From Octopus sinensis (taxonomy: Eukaryota): DNA of 64,000 bases. How positions within the stretch are numbered: position 1 is the first letter of the stretch; every line of letters begins with the position of its first letter. The notes beneath the pieces are model-generated. The model made no database searches. It was not told where the DNA came from and was given only the letters and a program-made list of their open reading frames with translations. This document shows, piece after piece, positions 40,483 through 54,149 of the stretch. The DNA lies in NCBI RefSeq assembly GCF_006345805.1, contig NC_042998.1:145762001-145826000 (forward strand). Reading direction: 5' to 3'. A program made the translations under genes and the position numbers.

Positions 40483-40531
<49 letters not shown>

Positions 40532-40635
40532 GTATATATATACACACACACACACACATATATATATATAATGTGTGTGTGTGTGTGTGTGTTTGTATAT
40601 ATATATGCATATATATATATATATATAGATTATAT

Positions 40636-40678
<43 letters not shown>

Positions 40679-41297
40679 TATATATGGGAAGTGCGTGTGT
40701 GTGAAAAAGAAAGATACATATGTACGTGTGGCGTAGACGTTCTTGTGTACTTACATGTATTTAACTGTACACTTACATGTGCGTGTATCGAGTAATGGAA
40801 TAATAGCGGGACTTGTAGATTTCGCCCCATAGTTAAGGCTGTTTAAAGAATAACACACGAACACAGGTCGTGACTAGCAGTATTGTAGAGGATTGGTAAA
40901 GTCACCAATGAAACGACATATAAGATTGTCTCAAAACTGTCATATTATCCTGTTCGAAGTACATGATGGAAATCAGTGATTTTGCTGCACCTCCCTGTTT
41001 GTGTTTGCTTAAGATAGTTGAAACCTCACAGTAGCAACGTATTTATTTTTCATAATCATTCTGTAGAAATAAATTAAACGCTCAGATGCGTTCTCAGTGA
41101 TCTGATTCAACATTTATTGTTTCTAATAAAACAATCCAGGCATAGGCAAAACCTTCGTTTTCATCCTTATGATGTTGCTAAGGCCTTTGCTGGGTAATCT
41201 ACATTTGAATACAAGACTGCAATTAGATTTGCTCTACTTGCCGGAAACCCAAGTTACTTAAATCATATGTGGGAAGGTTTTTTTTTTCCTGCTGCAG

Positions 41298-41340
41298 AGT
41301 ATTATCAAGAAGAAATTATTGAACCAAGTGACTCTCTCTG
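41298..41340 (+). CDS. Candidate 43-nt internal exon of an unidentified gene
   Basis: Long T tract + CCTGCTGCAG acceptor, open frame (E)YYQEEIIEPSDSL, donor TG|GTAAGC. Confidence 0.35.
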
Positions 41341-42211
41341 GTAAGCACAAGTGAATGATAGAAACAGTAACTGCCTTGAAATTATCGCTAAATTCACCGA
41401 TTTAGACATTTACCTGCTACCCAACTTAAACGACTGAAAATATGTAAGTACAAAATACCTAATATTTTAGATTTACATAACGAATATCTTTTGTTTCATT
41501 GTATTCCAATAGTAAAAGCTTTAAAGCTTTGGGAAAATGATCAATTTTTTCAGTTGAACCAGCATAATTTTCAGTCATACAGTGTTGCGTGCTTCCAACA
41601 AGTTATTATCCCTTTTATTCCATTTATAACTGTTTTGGGCAACCGATATGAACTCTTGTTTATGAACTCTTTGTTGCGTTTGTGGCGTGACTATGAGTAT
41701 TTGTTTATAAGTGTTTGTGGCACTTTGTTTGTGCATATGTATGTGTATTGAAAAACCGAACATATATTTCGAATCTACGAAAGAAACATGCTTTCTACTG
41801 ATTTCCTCAGATTTTCTAACAACGGAAGAAGCACACAAACACAAAATAGAAAACTGCCGTCACATAGGTACCATAATTTTTTTGGTAGGGTTTATTTTTG
41901 ACCACCTAAGTAGGAAAGTGCCACCGAAAATGGGAGATTTTATTGTCTTGCGAATGAAAATTCATCTCGATTGAATTGCTTCCCAAATTCCTAGTGGTGC
42001 ATATCACTATTACAGCACTTGCAGTAAATCACAACAGCAGTCTCCAATAATTTCTATCAAGTAACTTGGCTCGTCCAATGAGAAACAAGTTTAACAACAA
42101 CCAATAAGGATTCACATTTCAAACCAAATGCGAAACTCTGAGTATTTAAGTGCGTGACTTCGTGCCTATGAATCTGCGAGCAATAGCCACCGTATAAGTC
42201 ATCAGCTGCTC

Positions 42212-42311
<100 letters not shown>

Positions 42312-43612
42312 AAAATATATTTGTTCTCCATCATAAGTATAAGGCTGTAGAATCGTTATAATGTGTCGGACAACGTGTGTAGTGGAATTTCTTCTGACTC
42401 TTTGCGTTCCGAGTACAGAGCCCGCCGAAGTCAACTTTGAATTTCAGCCTTTCGGAGATGAAAACAGCAGTTAAGCACTGGGGTTGATCTGGTCGATTTA
42501 CCCGCTGCCATGAAATTGTTGCCATGTGCCAATATTTGAAACCGTAGTTACATGAATAAACGACTGCTGATACAAACTGCAAACAACAATACAATAAAGC
42601 TTGCAGTTAACCAGTTCTTATGCAACAAGAGACCTGATTGGCTGGTTGATTTATCTGCATCATTATACATCTGCACATATATACAAATATGGACAGTACA
42701 TTCAATGATAATGTCAAATGGAGAATCAATATATCCTGTTACCCTTCACAATATCAATGACATTCCTCTGACTGCCACCAGCTCGGTTTTTCACTGTTTC
42801 TACAATGCCAGCAGATAAAACCTTGTCTCAAAATGAGAATGTTTGGTTTAAATCACATAAAGAGTAGAATGACATCAAAGATGTTTAGCTCAAGCGCAAT
42901 TATTGATCCTTAGAAGCACTAACAAACACACGGATTTACACAAACACACACACACACACACACAACATACACAAACATACACAAACACACAAATACACAT
43001 ACACACACACTGTATATCTTACACAAAGGCATATATACAAATACAATGCATTCAGCTAACGTAATTATATATGGCTATGCACAGATCAAATTTCTGCTAA
43101 CACACACAAACACACACACGTATACGTACGCACACACACATATATATATATACATATGTTTATACACAGATGCATATATATGCACACAAACACATGCATA
43201 CACCCAAACATATACATACATATATACATACATATATACATATACATATATATATATATATACACTCACATGCATGTTCTCATACATAGCAACGCAAATG
43301 AACATATACACACATACATATATATATGCACATATACATATACACATACATACATACATGCATACATACAACTACTAAATGATTTTCTTCCCCATTCCTT
43401 TCCACTTTCGATCTGGACAGACCTGAAGGAAGTTTTCATTATAGATTAGGATGTGAAGAATTTCAAAGATAAGAAGCTTAAAGTGTGCCAGACAATCCCA
43501 CTGGTGGTTCGGCAGAGAATCAATCAGAAGGCAAAAACCTTGATTACAATAATTAATCGATAACTGAATTATAGAGTGGATTTATATATGCATATGCCAC
43601 ACATATATATAG

Positions 43613-43646
<34 letters not shown>

Positions 43647-43678
43647 GTATATATAATATGTAATATATGTATAATAAT

Positions 43679-43743
<65 letters not shown>

Positions 43744-43904
43744 AGCTTTCAGTTATAATTAAATATATTGTATGTACATACATCCTATATACTAATATAT
43801 ATATACACAAATTCTATATAAATGTAAGTATGCGCATAGTATGTATATATGCAACAGAGAGTGTGCGTAAGAGAGAGTCAGGGTGAAAAAGACAGAAGAA
43901 ATAC

Positions 43905-43939
<35 letters not shown>

Positions 43940-44096
43940 ATAAAAAAGAAAAATCGCGTTTCGACTGATTAAAAGCTTTAACTCCCATAATTGAGTAAAT
44001 ATTCCATATAACATGTAGAAGACCTGTAGAGTTGAGGTTTAAAGAATACTTCTAAATATACATATACTTATATATATATATATGTGTATATATATT

Positions 44097-44130
<34 letters not shown>

Positions 44131-44405
44131 CATATATATATTTGTGTGTGCGCGCGCGCGTGTGTGTCTGTGTGTGTGCGCGCATTTATGTATGTGTGAA
44201 TGTATGTATTTATGCATGTAAATATTTGAGTGTTTGTGTATATATGTTTGTACAAAGGCATACAGCTTTACGTATACATCTATAGAACTATTTATTTGCA
44301 CACGTGCATACGTGCGTATGCATGTATGAATATGCATTTGGACATGTATATGTAGTATATGTGTGTGTGTGCGCGTTTGCGTGTGTGTGTATGTGTACAC
44401 ATATG

Positions 44406-44458
<53 letters not shown>

Positions 44459-44471
44459 ATATATATATATC

Positions 44472-44511
<40 letters not shown>

Positions 44512-44911
44512 CTGTGTGTGTGGTGTGTGTGTGTTGTGTGTGCATGCGTGGAGGTAATGTCCGAATGTTAGCGTGTCGTGCAATTAGAACTAACCTAAAG
44601 TCGAGACCAATCTGCCGACGTAAAGAAACAATAATTACATTGTACATTTATCATAAAGAATTTTAAAAACTATGCAACTTCAAAGATGAAAGAACTTGTT
44701 ATAATATTTTTATATTGTAAAAGTCTTTCATCTTTGTTTTTCGAAATCCTATTTACGATCGCTTATTTTATGTGAAAGACAAATTTATTCAGAACGAAGT
44801 CTTTCCTGTTTCTCCTCGATCATTTCATTCACAGCACAGCCGATCCCTCTTAAAATGATTCGTGATGAAAATGTAACAACGTTTTTTCTCAACGTACATT
44901 AAATTGTAATT

Positions 44912-44952
<41 letters not shown>

Positions 44953-44955
44953 CTC

Positions 44956-44987
<32 letters not shown>

Positions 44988-45139
44988 TATCTCTTTCTCT
45001 CTTTCGCTATTTCTTTCTCTCTCTCTTTCACTCTCTCTTTCACTCTGTCCCTCTCTCAATGTACATTAAAATGTAATTTATTTATTCTCTTTCTTTCTCT
45101 CTCTCCCCTCTCTCTCTTTCTTTCTCCCTCCCCTCTCTC

Positions 45140-45350
45140 TCGCACTACATCTTTTCAAGTGTCATGTCTACAGGCGCTCGCGGTCACGGACTACGTTTGA
45201 AAATTCATTATTTATCTTGATAAACATGCATCAGCGGTTTCTTGTTGTCTTCTGTCAATATATCTACCGTTTACTCAGCTAGTTACCTTCTCTCCCCAGT
45301 TAACTCTTGAAGCACTGGACCTGTTTAATGCTTAGACAGTGAATAGAGGG
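45140..45350 (+). mobile_element. Decayed CR1-like LINE extreme 3' end
   Basis: LFK..GARGHGLRL (TRGH motif) followed by degenerate C-terminal residues. Confidence 0.45.
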
Positions 45351-48243
45351 TTGGTTTACATAACATCAAGACATCTCCAAACCCAGGCGGGCCTCTGTGT
45401 GACACTTGTCCTGTGTACCTTAACCGCCAAACTGACCATCTTCTGCTATTTGGCCCATAACTGGGACTTTTCAATAGACACGTGATCTGCTATATTAGAT
45501 TATGTGGTTCTAGATAATGTATGCCAGATAATAAGGCAAGATGGCTACATCTGAAAGGCCTTTGATAATTGGTCGGTTCTATCAAAGCCGAACTAAGCTT
45601 TAAGAACAAGATTTCCCAAAGTTTGATCTTATAATTTACTGGAAATCTTTTGTCTTCTTAACATAAATTTTTTTTTTAAATTGCTACTAATTTAGGTACA
45701 AGAAAGGTGGAGAGAGCGAATATATCGATCACCCAGTACTTGATCAATCTTTTTATCGAAATGGCAGGCAAAAATGACCTGATGAAATGAAATGAAAGAC
45801 TCAGTTGACTCGAGAGATGAAAGGCAAAGTTGGCCTCGGTGGAATTTGATCTCAGAACTTAAATAGACGGAAATAATATCACATAGCATTTTATCTCAAG
45901 TTCTAATGAGTTTGACAGACTGGCCTCAAGAAAACAAGAAATTAACAAAAATCCACTTCACAATGAACAATATATATGTTCCATATTTCGATTATTCAAA
46001 GATCTTTTTTCGAACGGAAAATTTTTAAATGGATATAAAATTGTAAACGACAAAACTATTAATACAGACGGAGAGAGACTCGCTGGCTAGTATGTATGTA
46101 TTATACATGTGTGTGTGTGGTGTGTTGTGTGTGTGTGTGTGTGTGTGTGTCTGTGTCTGTGTCTCTGTGTGTGTGTCTCTGTGTGTGTATGTATGTATGT
46201 ATGCATGTATGTATGTATGTATGTATGTATGTATGTATGTATGTATGTATGTGTGTGTGTTGTCATATCTTAATCACGCAACTGACTGTAGACAGTCGTT
46301 AAAAATCAGAGTAATTATTAATCTTTAGTTTTCTGAGTCCTTATTGTTTCTTCTTATTTTAATATGCATTACTCGAGTTTATATCAAAAGTCTTGGTAGA
46401 ACATTCATTCTCTATTCTCATAGCCATAGAAATGCTTTTTTTTTAACAGACCGTGCTTCAACATTCATGTGCTCTCTATTACGTCAATATCTTTTTAAGC
46501 ACATGCGCTGTCTATGCCATACTTTTTGCATTCGATGGCGTACACTATAGAAATTACAAAACTTTAGTCAACATTTAACAGAAAATATTAAAAATATATA
46601 CTTTTTTAGACTAGAACTTCATCTTTAAACAGATATTTCTTCAGTGAAGTCACAGAATCAGTGACTCGTATGTTCAACCATTTTCTCCATACAAGAAATC
46701 TAGTTACATCGGTAACAGCGATGAATCTTGACACATCAGGTCTTCTGCTTTACATGTATATTTTTCTTCCCTTTTTCGTTTTTCTCATACTCTTCGGAAT
46801 TAACTTAATAAAGGTCTCGCTATACATTTTTCGTTTCTAAATGTTGCAGAACCTCTGGAATTTCTCGCCCTTGTTTTCCGTCTTTATACATTCAAGACAC
46901 TTCATTTTTGTTACACAAATTCTCTTGGACTCACTCTCCGTGGAGTAGCTGAATATGGTGCCTTCGACAGTTATTTTCAGATAGAAATCGAGGATTGAAA
47001 GCAATCCCAAGTCTGCCGAATATTCGAAGCTATAACTAATGTGCATCCTTATACTATCAGATGTCTTGAAAATATTTTGAATGCTTCTTCATAAGAAGAA
47101 GTTTATATAAAACTAGCAAATTATATGAGACTATTTATATAATTTATACCAGACTTTCAAAATCGTATCCCGTAATGAAGACAAAGGAGAGGCATGTAGT
47201 GGTTATTTATAGTGTAAGTTTATGCATGTATGAGAGCGTTAGCAAACATAGTAAAAATCGATCACATTTACTGTAAGCTATCAATCTGTTTGTAAATGCA
47301 GTCTTATCAAAATGGATACAGATGATGGTTAGATAGATGACAGTCGATTGTCGACTGAGGAACTAACAAGAAAGCAATGACGTGGACTCTTGACCGGTCT
47401 GAAATAGCAGTCAAGTCTCTTTTGAATCACATTATATCGCCTTAGAAAATATAGGACAAGCTGGAAAATGTAATCCTACAACCATTGTACTTTATACCTT
47501 ATAAAAACACTATGTCACGGCTTTGAGACCATAACCAGCCTGGACAACTTTCTCAGTCAGAGATGACCTTCAAGCATGGTCTAAATAACAAGAACAGTTG
47601 GTGTATATCTTATAAATCTAGTTTGAAACAGGTAACGACGTCGGGAGAGAGAGAACGAGAGAGGGGGAGAGAGAAAAACAGATAGACAGACTGGCAAAAG
47701 ACAGACAGACAAAAAGACAGTCAGGCACGCAGACAAATCATACCGCTGGGCTTATCTCGGCTGAAATACACTGGTTAGGGTTAGCAATGGTCAACTAATT
47801 ATGTCGTTGGAGTGATAGATGTGTCTCATGTAAATGGTTAACAATTCTGATTAGCAGTATTGATATGTTGGGTATATATGTGTGAGTATGTCAGTGTACG
47901 TGTACTTGTATGTACGTATACATTCATATATACATGAATGTACAAGTATATGTGTTTATAAAGCAGTATAGAGAAAAAAAACATGAGAAGTTGTTTATTA
48001 GATGTTTAACAACTTCTCATGTTTTGTTTTCATTTCTAAAATATAATCTGTAGATCATCCAGGCTTAATAACAAGAGATAAAATTGCAATGCACGAAATG
48101 CAATTCACATAAAATTTTCAATACTGGTTATTTATCAAGCAATTTCAGGTTTTGGATTACAACACGATGTGTATGTATGTGCGCGTGAGTACGTACGTGC
48201 GTACGTGTGTGTGTGTGTATGTGTGTGTTTGTGCGTTTGTGTG

Positions 48244-48280
<37 letters not shown>

Positions 48281-48302
48281 GTGGTGGGTGGGGTGTTTGT
48301 AA

Positions 48303-48615
48303 GCACGTGGCTTTGTGGTTAGGGTATTCGACTTACGACCATAATGTCGTGAGTTCGATTTCCAGTGGAGCGTTGTGTCCTTGAGCAAGACATTTCATTT
48401 CACGTTCCTCCAGTCCACTTAGCTGGTAAAAAATGAGTCGTACCGGTATTTATGTCTAAGGGCCAGCTGTGTCACATTCTCTGTTACACTGAACTATTTT
48501 AAGGGTACGCATGTCTGGCGAGTGCTCAGTCACTTGCACGTTAATTTCACGAGCAAGCTGTTCCGCTGACTGAATCAATTTGAACCCACGTCGTCGTAAC
48601 CGACAGAGTATCAGT
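48303..48615 (+). mobile_element. tRNA-derived SINE with CORE-like block
   Basis: GTGGCTTTGTGGTTAGGG A-box, GAGTTCGATTTCC B-box, TGTGTCCTTGAGCAAGACA CORE-like segment. Confidence 0.8.
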
Positions 48616-48624
48616 TTATATATG

Positions 48625-48676
<52 letters not shown>

Positions 48677-49411
48677 TAGAAGACAGATGTGTATACGCAT
48701 TAAATATATCTGTAATTTTGTGATGTATTACTTTGGGTTGTTTTTCCCATTGGGTTTTTCGTTGCTTGTTTGTGGGGTGGGGGGCTTGTTTTTTTCTTTT
48801 TCGGGTTAGAATTTCAACTTCTGCCTAACTTAATCGTGTTTTGAATCCTAATTGAAAACAATTAAGGAGGAAAGAGATAAAGAAAAGGGGTAAAATATTT
48901 TCATAACAACTTTCAGTAGCAACCTTTACAAATTACACAGAGTTTGATTAGGACAGATAAATATCTTATGGCGGCGGCGGTGGCGGTGTGCAGCAGAATT
49001 TTCGGTAGGGAATAGAAAATATCTTATGGCACTTAATAACTATCTTTCACAATCTGAGTTTAAATTACGGACTCTCCTGTTGATCAGCTGGATGACCGAC
49101 ACATTGCGTTAGCATACAAAAAGGCTGAGTACTCCACAGACACATATACCTTTCACATAATTCTCAAGTAAAATCGAAGTGATACTGAATAACATAGCTA
49201 GACCTTATGAATTACTGGTACAAGTTTGTACCCAAGTTTCCCCTCTATCCAAATTCACTAATGGCCGCGAAACGAACTTACTAACCACTCAATCATGACT
49301 TTGTTTGCTTCTGGTTAGACCAAATGTAATATACAGTATGTATATGTAATATACATATATGCAAGTAGGTTTATACACACATACATATATATATAGATGT
49401 AAATATATGTA

Positions 49412-49463
<52 letters not shown>

Positions 49464-49504
49464 TTAAAAAAAGGAGATGTGGAACACGAGTTGTGATATA
49501 TAAA

Positions 49505-49719
49505 AAAGGAAATGAAGAAAATGCTGACAAAATAATTAAGTAAGAGAGAGTGTATTTAATTAGGGAAGTTCTATTTTACCGTTGCGCATTTGATATGCTT
49601 ATAAAAGATATCTTTTGATAAGCATAACAAATGCGCAACCGGTAAAAAATAACTTTCACCTAATTAAATACACTCTCCCTTACTTAAATTATTTTGTCAG
49701 CATATTCTTCATTTCCTTT
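49505..49719. repeat. ~215-bp loopless palindrome (MITE-like or fold-back)
   Basis: Arms AAAGGAAATGAAGAAAATGCTGACAAAATAAT... / ...ATTATTTTGTCAGCATATTCTTCATTTCCTTT, centred on GATATC at 49607-49612, with TA-rich flanks. Confidence 0.9.
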
Positions 49720-51434
49720 ATATATATATTATAATAAGTAATGACACTTTGATCAACTATCTTCCAACCAGTTGACTACAATGAATACCAGTAACTTCCT
49801 AAGGTGGATATTATCAAAAATAATCAAACATACTCAAGAAGGCAGAGCTCCAGCATGGCTACAACCTAATGACTGGATCCAGAAGAATAATAAAAGAATA
49901 ATTTATTTGAGATCGGTGTGTTTTTAATATATCTCACATATCAATGTAGAGACTCAGCAATGGAGTTATATTTCTAATAGAAATATGATATAACACAGAT
50001 ATAGAAGAGAGATGCACACACAAATATTGTACTTGTTAGCTGTAATAAATATGTTGTAATAAATATTAGGAATATTTTATCTCATTTTACATAGAATTGC
50101 CTTAAATTTGAAATTGTTTTATATATCGAATATAAAATAAAGGTCTTTGATCCTGTGTTATTAAATACATAAACACATACACACACAACACACACACGCC
50201 TGCATAGATATTTTTATGCGTGTGAGTGTGTGTATGTGTGTGTGAGAGAGAGAGAGGTGCGCACGTATGTATACGTACACATATGGGTCCATAACCAGCT
50301 AATGTGTAGTGGCATGGAGTCGTATTAGTTGTGATAATGAAATCAAACCAAATAGTGATATTTTGAGATCATTTAATACGTACGTTTCAGGTTTGCGTAA
50401 TATAAATGGAAATACATCCATTTTGTAAACCTTTCTCAGATACAGTATTTCAAAAATAGGAAGAAATTGGTGGAAAATTTTAATATATATATGGTTAGGA
50501 TAGTGAGTCAGCTACTAAGTTAGAAGTACACATATGTATACAGCTGGGGAGAGAGAGAAAACCAGACGGGGAGAGGAAAGAGAGAATCAAAGAGGAAAAG
50601 CAAGAGAAGGATGTGTAAAGTAAGATAGTGGAAGGGGAAAAATGGATGTACAAATGAAGTGGGGAAAATGGGACAGTTTTTCTTGTTAGCAAAGAAATCT
50701 AAATAAAGTTGAAGAGTAATATGCTGGGAATGTCATGAATTTGGATGAAGCGGGATTTTAAGAGCGATAAGGAAGGAAAGGACTGAAATGTGTTAAATGC
50801 GGACAGAATATATAGTGTAAATATATATACAGTGAAATCGATAAAAATAATTGATAAGTAGAATAAGATAGAATAAAATTAAAATGTATTATAGAGTTAA
50901 CCGTTTTCTCTCATATAGTTTGTTTACAGATTATAAAGATTTCTTCCTTATTCTTAAAATCTTAAACTCTGCTTAATATCATCTCATACCACCTTTTCAC
51001 ATCTTAATTTACATTATTATACCATTACTATCTTTTTTTTTTGGCATCTTATTATCCTATGTTATGTATTTGTCTCTCGTGCAATCTCATAGCGTTCCCT
51101 TTTTTGGCACAAATGTAATTTTTTCCCAAATAAATTGCACTTCATATTCGAGGCTCCGATGAAGCTATAACGTGTTATTCAGACACTCAACTATGAGTCC
51201 CCTGCATCTTTTAGCAGAAACACTTGTATGCTAACGAAGTTCATAAGATAGTCATTTATTTCTTTGTCATCTCACTTTCTTATTACCGCTCTATACTCTG
51301 CCAACACTTCGTTCTGAAATAATACGTATATTGACTTCTACATTGGGTTATTGGTCTCGCAAGACACCTGACGAAGGCGTCAACAACAAACAAGATGAGG
51401 ACTAATATCCGTCAAATGTAGATAATGTAAATAA

Positions 51435-51475
<41 letters not shown>

Positions 51476-51740
51476 TCGTTTACTCTTACTTGTTTCAGTC
51501 GGCCATCCTGGTGCACCAGCTTAAAAGGTTTTTTAGTCGAACAAATCGACCCAGAACTTATTCTTTTAAGTCTAGTACTTATTGTATCGGTCTCTTTTGC
51601 TGAACCGCTAGGTTTACGGGACGTAAACACACCAAACAACGGTTGTCAAGCGAGGTGGGGAGACAAACACAGATACAAAGATACACCCATATAAATATAC
51701 ATATATATATTATATATATAATATATATTATATATATATA

Positions 51741-51812
<72 letters not shown>

Positions 51813-51816
<4 letters not shown>

Positions 51817-52420
51817 AATTGAGATAGGGGTTGTAAATGCAACCCTCCATAGGATAATATATATCCAAATACTGCTAGTGAAGTACCCTACAAAGTTAAT
51901 ACATAAATGTTAATGATGGCAGTGCAATCAATTCATTACTGTATTATATGGGCAAAGGTAAAATGATTTACCACAATTCTAATACAAGATAAGAAAATGG
52001 AGAAATAATCTAAATCAAATATCAATTACCAGATAATACTCAAACATACTTTATTAAACCACCACATAAGAAACTGTAGGTTTGCTCTTGGTTAGTGGTC
52101 CTTATTAGGGATAGGTACATCCTTCATGATGAATTGATTAGCATTTTCTCCATTTTACCAGCAGTAATGATCTTTCAGGAACAAATGTACTATTTGGGTG
52201 TTATTACATACACTGTCAGTACTTAGGTAATGAGTGGGATGCTATCAAGTATACAAGCATTAACAATTCATATTCCTCAGAAAGTTAACTATAGTTACAA
52301 ATTGAGATAGGGGTTGTAAATGCAACTCTCCATGGGATAATATATATCCAAAATACTGCTAGTGAAGTACCAACAAAGTTAATACATAAATGTTAACGAT
52401 TGCAGTGCAATCAATTCATT
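51813..52420. repeat. 1.3-mer of a 483-bp unit (~130-bp direct terminal repeats) in a (TA)n context
   Basis: TACAAATTGAGATAGGGGTTGTAAATGCAAC...CAATCAATTCATTA occurs at 51813 and again at 52296. Confidence 0.85.
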
Positions 52421-52590
52421 ATATATCCGACGGTCTTCTTTCAGTTTCCGTCTACCAAATCCACTAACAAGGTTTTGGTCGGCCCGCGGCTATAGTAGAA
52501 GACACTTGCCCAAGGTGCCACATATTACGAAAGCCTGGAATGTACATATATGATTTTAAATACCACTACTTCGTTGTTCTTCTTTACATA

Positions 52591-52660
<70 letters not shown>

Positions 52661-52713
52661 ATATCTGTATATATATTATAGTTTATTTTTGATATATATA
52701 TATAATATATATA

Positions 52714-53984
52714 CAGGGATGGACAAAATAATGGAAACACCCTAAAATTTCAAAACAAATTTACTTTAATATGGAGTAGGACTGCCTTTGGCAGTAATTA
52801 CAGCTTGAATTCTACGAGGTATGGACTCGCACAAAGTTTAAATTGCTTCCAAAGGAATTTTTGTCCATTCTTCAGCTAAAACAATCTCCAGTTCTTGTAG
52901 TGGTGATGGTGTAGGATATCGACTCCTTACTTGTTTTTCTAAAATGCACCATAAATGTTCAATAATATTGACATCTGGGGACTGTGGTGGCCAGATAAGA
53001 TGTTCAACCTCACTACAATGTTCTTCATGCCATTCAGTAAAAACTTTAGCAGTGTGAATTGGTGCATTATCATCCTGAAAGATTGCGTTTCCCTCCGGAA
53101 TGTTCCGCAACCATAGGATGAATTTGATCAGATAAAATGCTTACATAGTCTTAACTATTAATTCTGTCACGAAGGAAAACCATTGGGCCAGCGAATTTCC
53201 AAGATATAGCCCCCAAATCATCACAGATCCTCCTCCATGTTTAACAGTTGGAAGAAGGCAGTCTGGGTCAAATGCTTCTTTTGGCTGTCTCCACACGTAT
53301 ACTCGGCCGGTGGTCGGAAATAAGGTAAAGGATGACTCGTCCGAGAAAATAACATTCTTCCACTGCTCTAGGGTCCAATTCTGTACGTTTTTACTCCATT
53401 TTAAACGCTTTGCAACGTTTGTTTCTAAAAGTAGTGGTTTTCTAATTGCAGCCCTTCCGTGAAATCCGGCTTTGTGCAGCTCTCGGCGAACAGTTTTTGT
53501 GGAAACTGGGTTCTCCAGGTGGTCATTAAGCTCTGCAGTAATTTTGGGAACTGTACTTTTGTAAATCTTTCTAACAATTCGCGTAAGAGTCCGACGGTCC
53601 CTATCTGAAAGTTTTAGTTTTCTTCTGGAGATTGGTTTCTATGAGGAGGTTTTTCCCTCTTTCTCAAAGGCTGTCATTACTTTCGCTATAGTGCTTCTTG
53701 ATACACCAAACAATTCGGCTATTTTGGTTAACGCTAGCGCCTGCCATACGAGCACCAACAATTTGACTTCTTTGAAAGTCTGATAGATCTGTCATTTTAA
53801 GGAATTTTAACTACGTTTTTCTGATGATATCTGAAAAGAAACAGCAATTTTAGCAAAACATATTAAGCAGCACTAATAATAAATCAAAAAACATAAAAAT
53901 AAACAAGCTTTTTACGGTTTTATAGACATTTCAAAATTATGATGCTATGATGCTAGGTGTTTCCATTATTTTATCCAGCTCCTG
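52714..53984 (-). mobile_element. Full-length decayed Tc1-superfamily transposon, DD36E spacing
   Basis: ~29-bp TIRs (CAGGGATGGACAAAATAATGGAAACACCT / CAGGAGCTGGATAAAATAATGGAAACACCT) with TA on both sides. Transposase 53795->52766 has stops and frameshifts, with motifs IFSDES, VKHGGGSVMIWG, FQDDNAPIH and WPPQSPDVNIIEHLW. Confidence 0.95.
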
Positions 53985-54004
53985 TATCTATATGTCTATA
54001 TGTC

Positions 54005-54147
<143 letters not shown>

Positions 54148-54149
54148 AT

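Noticed and set aside
46837-47046. Non-repetitive short ORFs here and at 42552-42818 as exons
   Set aside because: No recognisable motifs and no consistent splice-site pair in an open frame.
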